DNA of 64,000 bases, taken from the NCBI GenBank assembly GCA_040377305.1, contig JBEIPA010000006.1:64001-128000 (forward strand), written 5' to 3'. Positions 38,646 to 47,850 of this stretch are shown here, piece by piece; position 1 is the first letter of the stretch, and each line of letters opens with the position of its first letter. Under the pieces are notes generated by a model, which was given only the letters and a program-made list of their open reading frames with translations, made no database searches and was not told the origin of the DNA. The position numbers and the translations under genes are program-made. Source of the DNA: Flavobacteriales bacterium (GTDB taxonomy: Bacteria > Bacteroidota > Bacteroidia > Palsa-965).

Positions 38646-39380
38646 ATGTCAGCATTTGCAATACGAGAACTTGAAGACTTAAACTGGTTTCCTGAGAGAC
38701 TCAGAAACTACCAGACCGATTTTGTTGGTGCGATTTCAACCACTCTTCGGGTGTACAAATCATTTGCAGATTATTTGAAATTGAACGCCCCTCAAGTGAA
38801 GATCATGAAGGATCTGTGTGCAGGAAGCGGAGCACCAGCCGTTACAGTTTTCGAAAGCTGCGGACAATTCGAGCACTTATTGCTCACCGACAAATTTCCA
38901 CGCAAACTACAGCGTGAAGTAAGCAATGTTAGTTACGCTTCCGAAAGTTTCGATGTACTCAACATCTTCTACAGCCCGGGCGTGTGCTACACGATGTTCA
39001 ACGCTTTTCACCACTTCAACGATGAAGAAAAGAAGGCGATCGTTAAAAAAATCCGTGTGTCCGGATCGCATGCCTATTTCGTTGAAATCTTAGAGCCAAC
39101 TTTTGCTTGTTTGCTCAAAGTAATAGCCTTGACTACAATCGGTGTTGTACTGTTCACTCCATTCATTCGTCCATTCTCGTTAACACGACTCATCTTAACC
39201 TACATTGTTCCGGTGAACATCATCACGATTACAATTGATGGAATCATTTCTGTGATGCGATCCAAATCAGCCAGTGAGTACACCAAACTCTTTGCATATA
39301 ACAACGACTCCGTAAACGTCTTTGAGTTAAAGCATCTCTTCGGAAAAACAACTGTGATTGAAATTCTACCCGCGCCATGA
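38646..39380 (+). CDS. Class I SAM-dependent methyltransferase-like protein
   Basis: ELEDLNWFP, DLCAGSG (motif I), LTDKFP, FNAFHHF; C-terminal hydrophobic hairpin; ATG at 38646. Confidence 0.75.
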   Translation: MSAFAIRELEDLNWFPERLRNYQTDFVGAISTTLRVYKSFADYLKLNAPQVKIMKDLCAGSGAPAVTVFESCGQFEHLLLTDKFPRKLQREVSNVSYASESFDVLNIFYSPGVCYTMFNAFHHFNDEEKKAIVKKIRVSGSHAYFVEILEPTFACLLKVIALTTIGVVLFTPFIRPFSLTRLILTYIVPVNIITITIDGIISVMRSKSASEYTKLFAYNNDSVNVFELKHLFGKTTVIEILPAP

Positions 39381-40267
39381 GAACGATGTCGGCAATATGG
39401 AGCTTTAGTCGTCCACACACCATAGCTGGAAGTGTCATCAGCATAGTGTCGCTATTCTTTGTGTTGTCGAACACACGTTTAGCGCACCTTCCGATTCTCG
39501 GCATGGTGTTAGTCGCAGGACTCTGCTGCAATCTTTTCATCGTTGGATTGAACCAAATTGCCGATGTAAAAATTGATCGCATCAATAAACCCTGGCTTCC
39601 CATTCCTGCGCAAAGGCTTTCAGTTTCAAGCGCAAAAATTATCGTGACGGCTGCACTGATCCTAAGCTTATCAATTGCCTTGTACGTTACACCCTGGTTC
39701 TTCGCGATCATCCTACTATCCTGCGCAATAGGATGGGCCTACTCCATGCCGCCATTTCACCTAAAGAAACACCATTTCAACGCAGCTATTGCCATCAGCT
39801 CTGTACGCGGACTGCTGGTAAACATTGGTGCGTTTGTTGTTTTCATCAGCACAACCGGACAAGCAGCAACCATTCCTGTAAATCTGATCTTGCTTACTTC
39901 GTTCATCACCGTAACAGGAATTGTTATTGCATGGTTCAAAGATCTGCCCGACGTTGAAGGCGATGCGCAGTACAAAATAAAATCGCTTGCCGTTATTTAT
40001 TCACCACGTCTGGCTTACATCGCAGGAACGATCCTGATGATGGTTGCATATCTTGCGTGCCTACTCGTAAACATTTACAGCTGCCTGCATCAGCCGGATG
40101 TAGAACATAGAATATTACTCAGCGGACATATTCTGCTGTTTGTATTATTCATAACGCATAGTTTCAGTATTCGCGTAACGCAACACAAATCACTGGCGCG
40201 ATTTTACAAAAGATTCTGGTTGTTCTTCTTCGCAGAGTACTTGCTCTATCTCGTAGCTTACTTCTAA
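39377..40267 (+). CDS. UbiA-family prenyltransferase, homogentisate phytyltransferase-like
   Basis: FSRPHT, GLNQIADVKIDRINKPWLP (NQxxD), AYS.PP..LK, KDLPDVEGD (KDxxD); multiple TM helices. Confidence 0.88.
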   Translation: MRTMSAIWSFSRPHTIAGSVISIVSLFFVLSNTRLAHLPILGMVLVAGLCCNLFIVGLNQIADVKIDRINKPWLPIPAQRLSVSSAKIIVTAALILSLSIALYVTPWFFAIILLSCAIGWAYSMPPFHLKKHHFNAAIAISSVRGLLVNIGAFVVFISTTGQAATIPVNLILLTSFITVTGIVIAWFKDLPDVEGDAQYKIKSLAVIYSPRLAYIAGTILMMVAYLACLLVNIYSCLHQPDVEHRILLSGHILLFVLFITHSFSIRVTQHKSLARFYKRFWLFFFAEYLLYLVAYF

Positions 40268-40268
40268 G

Positions 40269-41297
40269 CTAATCGCCAAACAGCGTGCCTTTGTCGCGAT
40301 CGGGAATTCTTCCAATGTGGCGATACGCCTGATCAGTTGCCTGTCGTCCGCGCGGAGTGCGAATAAGATATCCTTCCTGAATGAGAAAGGGCTCGTATAC
40401 TTCCTCAATCGTTCCGGCTTCTTCACCCACTGCAGTGGAAATGGTTGTAATTCCAACCGGTCCGCCTTTGAACTTTTCAATGATCGCAGAAAGAATGCGA
40501 ATGTCCATTTCATCGAGACCATTCTTATCAACGTTCAAAGCCTGCAACGCAATCTGTGCAATTTCCATGTCGATAGAACCATTGCCTTTGATCTGCGCGA
40601 AATCTCTTACGCGACGCAAGAGCGCATTCGCAATACGTGGTGTCCCGCGACTTCTTCTCGCAATTTCAAATGCAGCTTCGTCATTGATCGGCACATTGAG
40701 AATTGCGGCAGAGCGAATGATAATTCCCTTGAGCAGTTTCGCATCGTAGTAAGCAAGTCGTGAGGTAATTCCGAAACGTGCACGCAAAGGTGATGTAAGC
40801 AATCCGGAACGTGTAGTTGCTCCTACAAGCGTAAACGGATTCAGATTAATCTGCACACTTCTTGCATTCGGTCCGCTGTCGAGCATAATGTCGATGCGAT
40901 AATCTTCCATCGCAGAATACAAGTACTCTTCTACAATAGGACTCAAGCGATGAATCTCATCAATGAACAACACATCGAACTTCTCGAGGTTCGTGAGTAA
41001 TCCTGCAAGATCTCCCGGCTTGTCGAGCACAGGTCCTGAAGTAGTTTTCATACTCACGCCGAGTTCCTGCGCGATGATGTTCGCGAGTGTTGTTTTACCT
41101 AATCCCGGAGGACCGTGAAGCAACACGTGATCCAACGCTTCATCACGTTGCTTCGCTGCCTGCACGAAAATGCGCAGGTTCTCGACCACGCTTTCCTGTC
41201 CGGAAAAATCTGCGAAGTCTTGCGGACGCAGCATCTTCTCTACCTCTTTTTCGGAGGAAGAAAGTTGTTCGTCGTCGGGATCTAGATTGGGATTCAC
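40269..41297 (-). CDS. ruvB: Holliday junction DNA helicase RuvB
   Basis: [39 protein letters not shown]...RTPRGR. Confidence 0.97.
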   Translation of the reverse strand: MNPNLDPDDEQLSSSEKEVEKMLRPQDFADFSGQESVVENLRIFVQAAKQRDEALDHVLLHGPPGLGKTTLANIIAQELGVSMKTTSGPVLDKPGDLAGLLTNLEKFDVLFIDEIHRLSPIVEEYLYSAMEDYRIDIMLDSGPNARSVQINLNPFTLVGATTRSGLLTSPLRARFGITSRLAYYDAKLLKGIIIRSAAILNVPINDEAAFEIARRSRGTPRIANALLRRVRDFAQIKGNGSIDMEIAQIALQALNVDKNGLDEMDIRILSAIIEKFKGGPVGITTISTAVGEEAGTIEEVYEPFLIQEGYLIRTPRGRQATDQAYRHIGRIPDRDKGTLFGD

Positions 41298-41319
41298 ACA
41301 GCGAATTTACGGTTTTGTT

Positions 41320-41510
41320 GGTTGCCTGCGGCGCTTACGCTGCGCGAGCTTTACACGGAGGCGCGGAGAAACGGAGTCCTTTGTTTTCTATTCTATACCC
41401 ACGTGGGACGGCGGATTGCTTCGCAATCTCTAGACTCATTCGCCGTTTCTCGTGGGGCTAGAATTCTTCTCCGTCCCTCCGCGTCGCCGTGTAAAGCGTC
41501 GCAGACAACC
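41320..41510. repeat. Long inverted-repeat-bounded element, related to 25248-25366
   Basis: ggttgcctgcggcgctt / aagcgtcgcagacaacc termini; gctttacacggaggcgcggag / ctccgcgtcgccgtgtaaagc inner arms. Confidence 0.8.
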
Positions 41511-42172
41511 TAAAGCATCTTCACAAACTTATTCTTCGGCGCTACTGCCCGCAGAATTTCCGTCCAGTAAATGATCGCGTAAAATGCATACTGCGGTGAA
41601 TTGAATTTTTCGACGATATACGGATTCGGTTTCACCATGTATCGGATTCCTATGTCGCCACCAACACCGAGCCAACGGCAAACTTTGTATGAAACACTGA
41701 ATCCTGTTTCATAAACGATGATGGATTTTTTATGCGCGTAATATTTTTCTGTGTTCACCCGATACATGTAACGCGAGCGGCCGATTCCCAATTGAAAAGG
41801 AATCACACTGAACTTCCATTTACCCTTTCGATAAAAAACGTATCGCGCATACCACGACCAATAATCCATTTTCAGCTCACCCATTGTCGAGTCGTTTTCA
41901 AGTGAGTTGTTCACGTAATAAATGCGTTTGGAGAGGTCATCGTCGAGGCGGTTGTAACCAATACCCAACTGAATGAGTTCTCCGAATTCGGCTGCTATTT
42001 TCGCTCCCCAGATATGTGCTTTACGATTACTGATGAAAGAATTCCGCGAATCGAGTCCACCGGCGAGTGAGATGCGCCCGTGCATACTGTTGTAAATGGA
42101 ATCGTGCGTGTTGACTTGCGCGTGTGAGTTCGTACTACAGAAGAGCAGTGTGATAGTCAGAAGCAGCGTCAG
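41510..42172 (-). CDS. Hypothetical exported beta-rich (outer-membrane-like) protein; start codon uncertain
   Basis: Signal-like LTLLLTITLLFCSTNSHAQ then aromatic beta strands; the ORF-track extension to 42394 overlaps cox I and its terminator. Confidence 0.6.
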   Translation of the reverse strand: MTLLLTITLLFCSTNSHAQVNTHDSIYNSMHGRISLAGGLDSRNSFISNRKAHIWGAKIAAEFGELIQLGIGYNRLDDDLSKRIYYVNNSLENDSTMGELKMDYWSWYARYVFYRKGKWKFSVIPFQLGIGRSRYMYRVNTEKYYAHKKSIIVYETGFSVSYKVCRWLGVGGDIGIRYMVKPNPYIVEKFNSPQYAFYAIIYWTEILRAVAPKNKFVKML

Positions 42173-42238
42173 GTCAGGGAGCGTGACACCACGCCGCTGT
42201 GTCGGGATTGGGATCCCGCAACCACGTCGTGTTAAAAC

Positions 42239-42266
42239 AAAAGAGGCTGCGTAATGCAGCCTCTTA
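42239..42266 (-). terminator. Terminator of the act-cox operon
   Basis: aagaggctgc-gtaat-gcagcctctt with a T-run on the minus strand. Confidence 0.8.
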
Positions 42267-42272
42267 ATTATT

Positions 42273-44120
42273 TTAGTGATGACTTCCACCATCTTCTTCT
42301 CCCTCACGCAGAGGCACTGTTTGCGGAATGAAATCTTTCTCTTCGCCAGGCTTGCTGTAATCGTAAGGCCAACGGTGAACTTCAGGAAGCGCACCAGGCC
42401 AGTTGCCGTGCGTGTGCTTCATTGGTGTAGTCCACTCGAGTGTGTTTGATCCCCACGGGTTTTGTGTCGACTTCGGCCCACGGAACATGCTGTAGAAGAA
42501 GTTGAACAGGAAAATTACCTGTGCACATGCTCCGAGAATTGCGAAACAAGTGATCAGAACGTTGATGTCCTGCAAGTGATCGAACATCGGGAATTCCATG
42601 TTGTGATAATAACGACGTGGAACACCAGCGAGACCGATAAAGTGCATCGGGAAGAATACGCCGTATGCGGAAATGAAAGTCAGCCAGAAGTGCAGGTAAC
42701 CGAGATTCTTGTTCATGTGACGCAAGAACATTTTCGGGAACCAGTGGTAAACACCCGCGAGCATTCCGAGGATTGCAGACACACCCATTACAATGTGGAA
42801 GTGAGCAACTACGAAGTACGTATCGTGTACGTTAATGTCGAGTGCAGAATCCGCCAGGATAATACCTGTTACACCACCCGTAATAAATGTTGATACGAGC
42901 GCGATGGCAAACAACATGGCCGGCGTGAACTGAATATTTCCTTTCCAAAGAGTTGTGATGTAGTTAAACGCTTTTACCGCGGACGGAATTGCGATCAAAA
43001 GCGTGGTGAACACGAAGACGGAACCCAGGAACGGATTCATTCCGGTTAAGTACATGTGGTGACCCCAAACGATGAAGGAAAGGAAACCGATTGCAAGAAT
43101 CGATGTAACCATTGCGCGATAACCGAAGATTGGCTTACGTGCATTTACAGAAATAATTTCAGAGGTAAGACCGAGTGCAGGAAGGATGATGATATATACT
43201 TCCGGGTGACCAAGGAACCAGAACAAGTGTTCGAAGAGAATCGGGCTACCACCGCTTTGCGACAGAGCTTCACCTCCAATGTAAATGTCGGAGAGATAGA
43301 AACTTGTTCCGAAGCTTCTGTCGAAGATCAACAGGAGTGCGCATGAGAAAAGAACAGGGAACGAAAGTACACCGAGGATTGCTGTAACGAAGAACGCCCA
43401 GATTGTCAATGGAAGACGTGTCATCTTCATTCCTTTCGTACGCATGTTCAGAACCGTGATGATATAGTTCAAGCCACCGAGGAGTGAAGAAATAATGAAG
43501 AAGGACATGGATACGAGCCAGAGCGTCATACCTAAGCCAGAACCCGGCATCGCTTTTTCAAGAGCTGAAAGCGGAGGGTAAACTGTCCAACCACCTGATG
43601 CTGCACCATCTTCAACGAACAATGAAATTACCATCGTCAATGAAGAAAGGAAGAAGAACCAGTATGAAAGCATGTTCATGAATCCTGATGCCATGTCGCG
43701 TGCACCAATCTGGTATGGAATCAAGAGGTTAGAGAACGTTCCCGAGAGACCACCTGTCAATACCATGAAGACCATGATTGTTCCGTGAATCGTAACGAGT
43801 GCCATGTATGCGTTCGGATCAAGTACGCCATCTGCGCCCCACTTGTCACCCATCACCGCATTAATGAATGCGAATTTCTCTCCCGGCCACGCCAATTGTA
43901 AACGGAACACGATCGACATGATCATCGCGATCACCGCCATGATTACCGCAGTAACCAGGAACTGACGCGAGATTGTTTTGTGATCCATGCTGAACACATA
44001 CTTCGAGATAAAAGTCTCGTGGTGCTCATGATCGTGATCGTCATGCCCGTGATGCACATGTGCGTCGTTCTCTAAAGAGTGCGCATGAAGGTCGCCGTGT
44101 GCGTGCATATCAGATGCCAT
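42273..44120 (-). CDS. ctaD: Cytochrome c oxidase subunit I (A-family heme-copper oxidase)
   Basis: HGTIM, GWTVYPPL, FWFLGHPEVY, VWGHH, HDTYFVVAHFH, PRRY. Confidence 0.96.
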   Translation of the reverse strand: MASDMHAHGDLHAHSLENDAHVHHGHDDHDHEHHETFISKYVFSMDHKTISRQFLVTAVIMAVIAMIMSIVFRLQLAWPGEKFAFINAVMGDKWGADGVLDPNAYMALVTIHGTIMVFMVLTGGLSGTFSNLLIPYQIGARDMASGFMNMLSYWFFFLSSLTMVISLFVEDGAASGGWTVYPPLSALEKAMPGSGLGMTLWLVSMSFFIISSLLGGLNYIITVLNMRTKGMKMTRLPLTIWAFFVTAILGVLSFPVLFSCALLLIFDRSFGTSFYLSDIYIGGEALSQSGGSPILFEHLFWFLGHPEVYIIILPALGLTSEIISVNARKPIFGYRAMVTSILAIGFLSFIVWGHHMYLTGMNPFLGSVFVFTTLLIAIPSAVKAFNYITTLWKGNIQFTPAMLFAIALVSTFITGGVTGIILADSALDINVHDTYFVVAHFHIVMGVSAILGMLAGVYHWFPKMFLRHMNKNLGYLHFWLTFISAYGVFFPMHFIGLAGVPRRYYHNMEFPMFDHLQDINVLITCFAILGACAQVIFLFNFFYSMFRGPKSTQNPWGSNTLEWTTPMKHTHGNWPGALPEVHRWPYDYSKPGEEKDFIPQTVPLREGEEDGGSHH

Positions 44121-44189
44121 ATTCTTTTCTTTTTTATTGTTGTTCTCCGCCGCAGCGGAGAGAATGCATTTTAAATACTACTGGTCTTC

Positions 44190-45251
44190 TTAATTGATTA
44201 CTGAATCAGCTTTTACACCTGAATCAGCTTTCGGCATTGAATCAACTTTCGCTGGTGCTGCCGGCTTTACTTCTGCAGCTGCATCAGGAAGGAATTTCAC
44301 CTTACGCGCAATGAATGCTTCGTACTCTGCTTTTGTTCCAACCACAATCTTCATCTGCATATTGTAGTGCGATGCACCGCAGATCTTGTTACACAATAAC
44401 ACATAATCGAATTCAGGATTACCTGTGATTGTACGCATGGAATCCGTTGTAATCGTCGGCTTGAAGTGGAAGAAAGTTTCCATCCCTGGCACCACGTTCA
44501 TCTGAGCGCGGAAATGCGGGAAGTATGCAGAGTGAATTACATCCTGTGAACGCAAACGGAAATTCACTTCTTCGTTTACCGGAAGGAAAATGGTGTCTGA
44601 CTTCGGAAGAATCACATCGTCTTTCGACGCGATGTCAGAAGAATCGAGACCCAATTCGTTCACACCCATGATCAACTTATAATTCGATTTTCCGAGTTGG
44701 TTATCACCGCCAGAGTAACGAGCGAACCAATCGAACTGACGCGCATAAATCTCAACAAGACGTACAGATTTGTCAGCAGGTGCAAGTGTTGAATTCCACA
44801 AGCGGATTCCAAAGAAGATGATGATGAAGAGAACAATTGCAGGAACTCCAGTCCACAACATCTCGAGTTTATTATTGTGCGGATAAAACGTCGCACGCTG
44901 ACCATCGCGACCGTAATATTTCCATGCCATCACGAACAACACCGTGTTAGTGAGGAGGTAAACGGTCCAGATGATGAGCATGTTGAAGTTCATCAGCCAA
45001 TCGATTTCAACTCCGTGTGCAGAAGCTGCTTCCGGAAGAAGATCGTCGCTGTACGCCCACAACTGCCACAAGCTTGTGATCCACATCACAATCATGAAAA
45101 TGAAAAAGAACCGACCGTTCATTCGGTTGTCACGCTCAGTGACTCTATTCGGGTCTACTCCTTTCAGCTTTGCAGCAAGTTCCACAACGCGGATGAGCTG
45201 CCAAATAGCGGCTGCCGCAAGGATCAGGATTGCATAAATTATGAACTTCAT
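44190..45251 (-). CDS. ctaC: Cytochrome c oxidase subunit II (CuA)
   Basis: LEMLWT, QFDW, DVIHS, CNKICGASHYNM. Confidence 0.94.
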   Translation of the reverse strand: MKFIIYAILILAAAAIWQLIRVVELAAKLKGVDPNRVTERDNRMNGRFFFIFMIVMWITSLWQLWAYSDDLLPEAASAHGVEIDWLMNFNMLIIWTVYLLTNTVLFVMAWKYYGRDGQRATFYPHNNKLEMLWTGVPAIVLFIIIFFGIRLWNSTLAPADKSVRLVEIYARQFDWFARYSGGDNQLGKSNYKLIMGVNELGLDSSDIASKDDVILPKSDTIFLPVNEEVNFRLRSQDVIHSAYFPHFRAQMNVVPGMETFFHFKPTITTDSMRTITGNPEFDYVLLCNKICGASHYNMQMKIVVGTKAEYEAFIARKVKFLPDAAAEVKPAAPAKVDSMPKADSGVKADSVIN

Positions 45252-45305
45252 ATTTTCTGTATTGTAGTGCTGTACTGATTAATTTCTTTTAATGCGCAAT
45301 CAACG

Positions 45306-46574
45306 TTACTGATGGTGGTGAATTCCCTCCGGCAACAACGCGTGGTTCTTCGCAAGGATCGGTGCTTTTGCAAGCGCTCTCAATACCCAGAATGTGAAGA
45401 ATGAAAGGAACGCGGTAAACATTCCGATTTCGATAAGGCCGATCCCCCAGTTTCCTGAAACTGTTCCAGGCATTACCAATAGGAATGTGTCTGTCCAGTG
45501 GAAGAACAAGATGAGAAGACCAACAAAGAATACATACGACTTGTTGCGTTTTGAATCGCGCGACATGAGGACGAGCATAGGGAACGCGAAGTTCACCAGC
45601 ATAGTGATCCAGAACAATCCGCGGTACTGTTCCCAACGCTGTGCGAAGTAAACAACCTCTTCAGGAATGTTTGAATACCAGATGAGCATGAACTGTGCAA
45701 ACCAGAGGTATGTCCACAGGAACGAAACAGCGAACATCCACTTACCAAGGTCATGCATGTGGCTTGGATTAACAAACTCCATTTGTCCGCGCGACTTCAG
45801 GTGAATTGCGATAAGGTTGAATGCGATCAAAGCACTGATCCACCATCCTGCGAAGTTGTACCAACCGAAGAGTGTGCTGTACCAGTGTGTATCGATTGAC
45901 ATGATAACATCCCATGTGAAAACAGAAGAAGTAAATCCGAAGAACACAAGGAAGATTGCTGCATTCTTCAAATTCTTTCTCCAATTGTCAGCACGCTGAT
46001 TCCAATCAGAAATCATGTCTTCTGCAAGTGAATTTTTGCGAGCCCACATCTGGTACCAAATCCAACCGCCCATGAAGAGTAGTGTGCGTCCCCAGAAGAA
46101 CAGTGCATTGAAGTAAGGTGCTTTGTGCTGCATGATCGGATCGCCGATATAAGCGTCCGGATCCTGCCAGTGATAAAGATGGTGAATGTGAAACTGACCG
46201 GCAGCTAGAACGATTCCGATCACAGCCAATCCGATTACGAGGAACTCGCCAACTGCACTGAAGATTCGCATGAAGACCGTGCTCCATGCTGCCTGCGCTG
46301 CATATTGCATTGCGTAGAAGAACAAAGCTGCGAGTGCAATACCTCCGAAGAAGTAACCATTCACGAGTAAGTTCGCCCACACGCGCTGTCCGAGTGTTGC
46401 ACTCGCGTCGTGATGTCCTTCTGCAGCATCGTGACCGTGTGCAGCTTCCGGAGCATGCCACAGCACGATTCCGAGGATGAGCATAACCAGTCCGATACCG
46501 CAGATAATCCAGAGATTTTTCTGCGCCTTCGGGCTGAAGTTATAAGTCAGATTATTCATGTTCACTTGGCTCAT
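45306..46574 (-). CDS. actF: Alternative complex III subunit ActF
   Basis: Polytopic membrane protein; DVIMSID.HWYST.FG, HDLGK, YLWF.QF.LIWY.NIPEE; operon position. Confidence 0.9.
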   Translation of the reverse strand: MSQVNMNNLTYNFSPKAQKNLWIICGIGLVMLILGIVLWHAPEAAHGHDAAEGHHDASATLGQRVWANLLVNGYFFGGIALAALFFYAMQYAAQAAWSTVFMRIFSAVGEFLVIGLAVIGIVLAAGQFHIHHLYHWQDPDAYIGDPIMQHKAPYFNALFFWGRTLLFMGGWIWYQMWARKNSLAEDMISDWNQRADNWRKNLKNAAIFLVFFGFTSSVFTWDVIMSIDTHWYSTLFGWYNFAGWWISALIAFNLIAIHLKSRGQMEFVNPSHMHDLGKWMFAVSFLWTYLWFAQFMLIWYSNIPEEVVYFAQRWEQYRGLFWITMLVNFAFPMLVLMSRDSKRNKSYVFFVGLLILFFHWTDTFLLVMPGTVSGNWGIGLIEIGMFTAFLSFFTFWVLRALAKAPILAKNHALLPEGIHHHQ

Positions 46575-46615
46575 ATTCAATGCAAGTTTCTTATTACTCT
46601 AAATGCTTTTATTGA

Positions 46616-47287
46616 CTAAGGTTGCTTCGCAACAACTGGCTTAACAGGTGCTGTCACTGAATCATTTGCTGCTGGTTTTTGCTTTTCCCATTCGCTCATT
46701 GGGGAACCACCGCGACCGAGTCGCATAACGTATGCAATTACTTCCCAACGTTCCTGAGGATCGAGCTGTGTAGCGTGTGATCCCATAACATTTTTACCGT
46801 AAGTGATTACATGGTAAACGTGTCCGCCTGTAAGCTTGCCATCATTATGTAATGTGATATAGCTAATAGGTGCACTTGGGAATTTTCCGCTTTCAACCAA
46901 CGGACCTGCCCCATCACCTTTTGGACCATGGCAATAAATACAGTTACGCTCGTAAAGGAATTTTCCTTTGTCTTCGATCGAATCAGTTACATGCAAAGGA
47001 GACTTCCAGAACATCGATGCAAGACGATCGCCTGTTGTGTCGTTCGAATAAGGGAACGGCGTCCATCCGCGAGGAATTGATCCCGGTGCAGGCATACGGT
47101 TAGACAAGCTATCCGGTGTTGCAGCGCTGATGTAAATTCCGTTCGGTTCAGGAGCAGGGCTACGATACATGTCGGGCATATATTCCCAACCCGGGCTGTC
47201 CGGATTTTCCTGGATGCAAGAGCTGAAGAACGTTGCTGCAATCGCAACAGTTCCAAGAGCCAGCAGTGTGTATTTTTTAATTTTCAT
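46616..47287 (-). CDS. actE: Alternative complex III monoheme cytochrome c lipoprotein ActE
   Basis: FSSC lipobox, YMPDMY.S, CIYCH, MGSHA. Confidence 0.9.
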   Translation of the reverse strand: MKIKKYTLLALGTVAIAATFFSSCIQENPDSPGWEYMPDMYRSPAPEPNGIYISAATPDSLSNRMPAPGSIPRGWTPFPYSNDTTGDRLASMFWKSPLHVTDSIEDKGKFLYERNCIYCHGPKGDGAGPLVESGKFPSAPISYITLHNDGKLTGGHVYHVITYGKNVMGSHATQLDPQERWEVIAYVMRLGRGGSPMSEWEKQKPAANDSVTAPVKPVVAKQP

Positions 47288-47307
47288 ATCAGAATTCTGA
47301 TAGTGTA

Positions 47308-47829
47308 TTATTTCACGTTTACTTCATCAGCACCGCTTTCACGGAGCAGGTTTACAACTTTCGATTCGTCTTCTGCTTTTGCTTCAATCAAAATCAGGAA
47401 ACGGTCGTTGGTAGTTCTTGGATCAGGATTCTTCGGAGAAACACCCGGGAGAAGCCAGCTGCGTAGCAGGAATGTAATTGCCATTCCGTGACCTGCGCAG
47501 AATACAGTAAGTTCGAACGTTGCAGGAATAAATGCAGGCCAGTTCATGTAGTAGTAAAAGCTTGGCTTACCACCAATGTCTTGCGGCCAATCGTGCACCA
47601 TCATGAACCATGTCATGAGAATTGCAAGCGATGTACCTGTGATTCCGTAGATGAATGCACAGATCGCGATGCGCGTGCGTGCAAGTCCCAATGCAGGGTC
47701 AAGTCCGTGAATCGGGAACGGAGAGAACACATCCTTGATGCGGATTTTGTTCGCGCGGATTTTCTTTACGCCTTCGAGACAGATTTCCTCGTCTGTGTAA
47801 ATTCCGTGTATGGTTTTTGTTGCTGACAT
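47308..47829 (-). CDS. actD: Alternative complex III subunit ActD (DUF3341)
   Basis: PFPIHGLD, WP..IGGKP, FELTV. Confidence 0.9.
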   Translation of the reverse strand: MSATKTIHGIYTDEEICLEGVKKIRANKIRIKDVFSPFPIHGLDPALGLARTRIAICAFIYGITGTSLAILMTWFMMVHDWPQDIGGKPSFYYYMNWPAFIPATFELTVFCAGHGMAITFLLRSWLLPGVSPKNPDPRTTNDRFLILIEAKAEDESKVVNLLRESGADEVNVK

Positions 47830-47850
47830 AAGTCTTCGCTCAAATACTGA

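Noticed and set aside
22270-41297. ruvA and ruvB not adjacent
   Set aside because: Separation is usual in Bacteroidota.
41087-41513. Overlapping + strand ORFs upstream of ruvB
   Set aside because: They are antisense to ruvB or derived from the repeat element.
42173-42394. N-terminal extension of ORF 41510-42394
   Set aside because: It overlaps the cox I 3' end and crosses its terminator.
44360-44400. CuA motif CNKICG with Lys in place of the usual Glu
   Set aside because: As I recall this variant is common in Bacteroidota subunit II, so it is not a novelty.
42273-45251. Absence of cox subunit III and heme a/o synthesis genes
   Set aside because: These are commonly encoded at a separate locus in this phylum and cannot be judged from one window.
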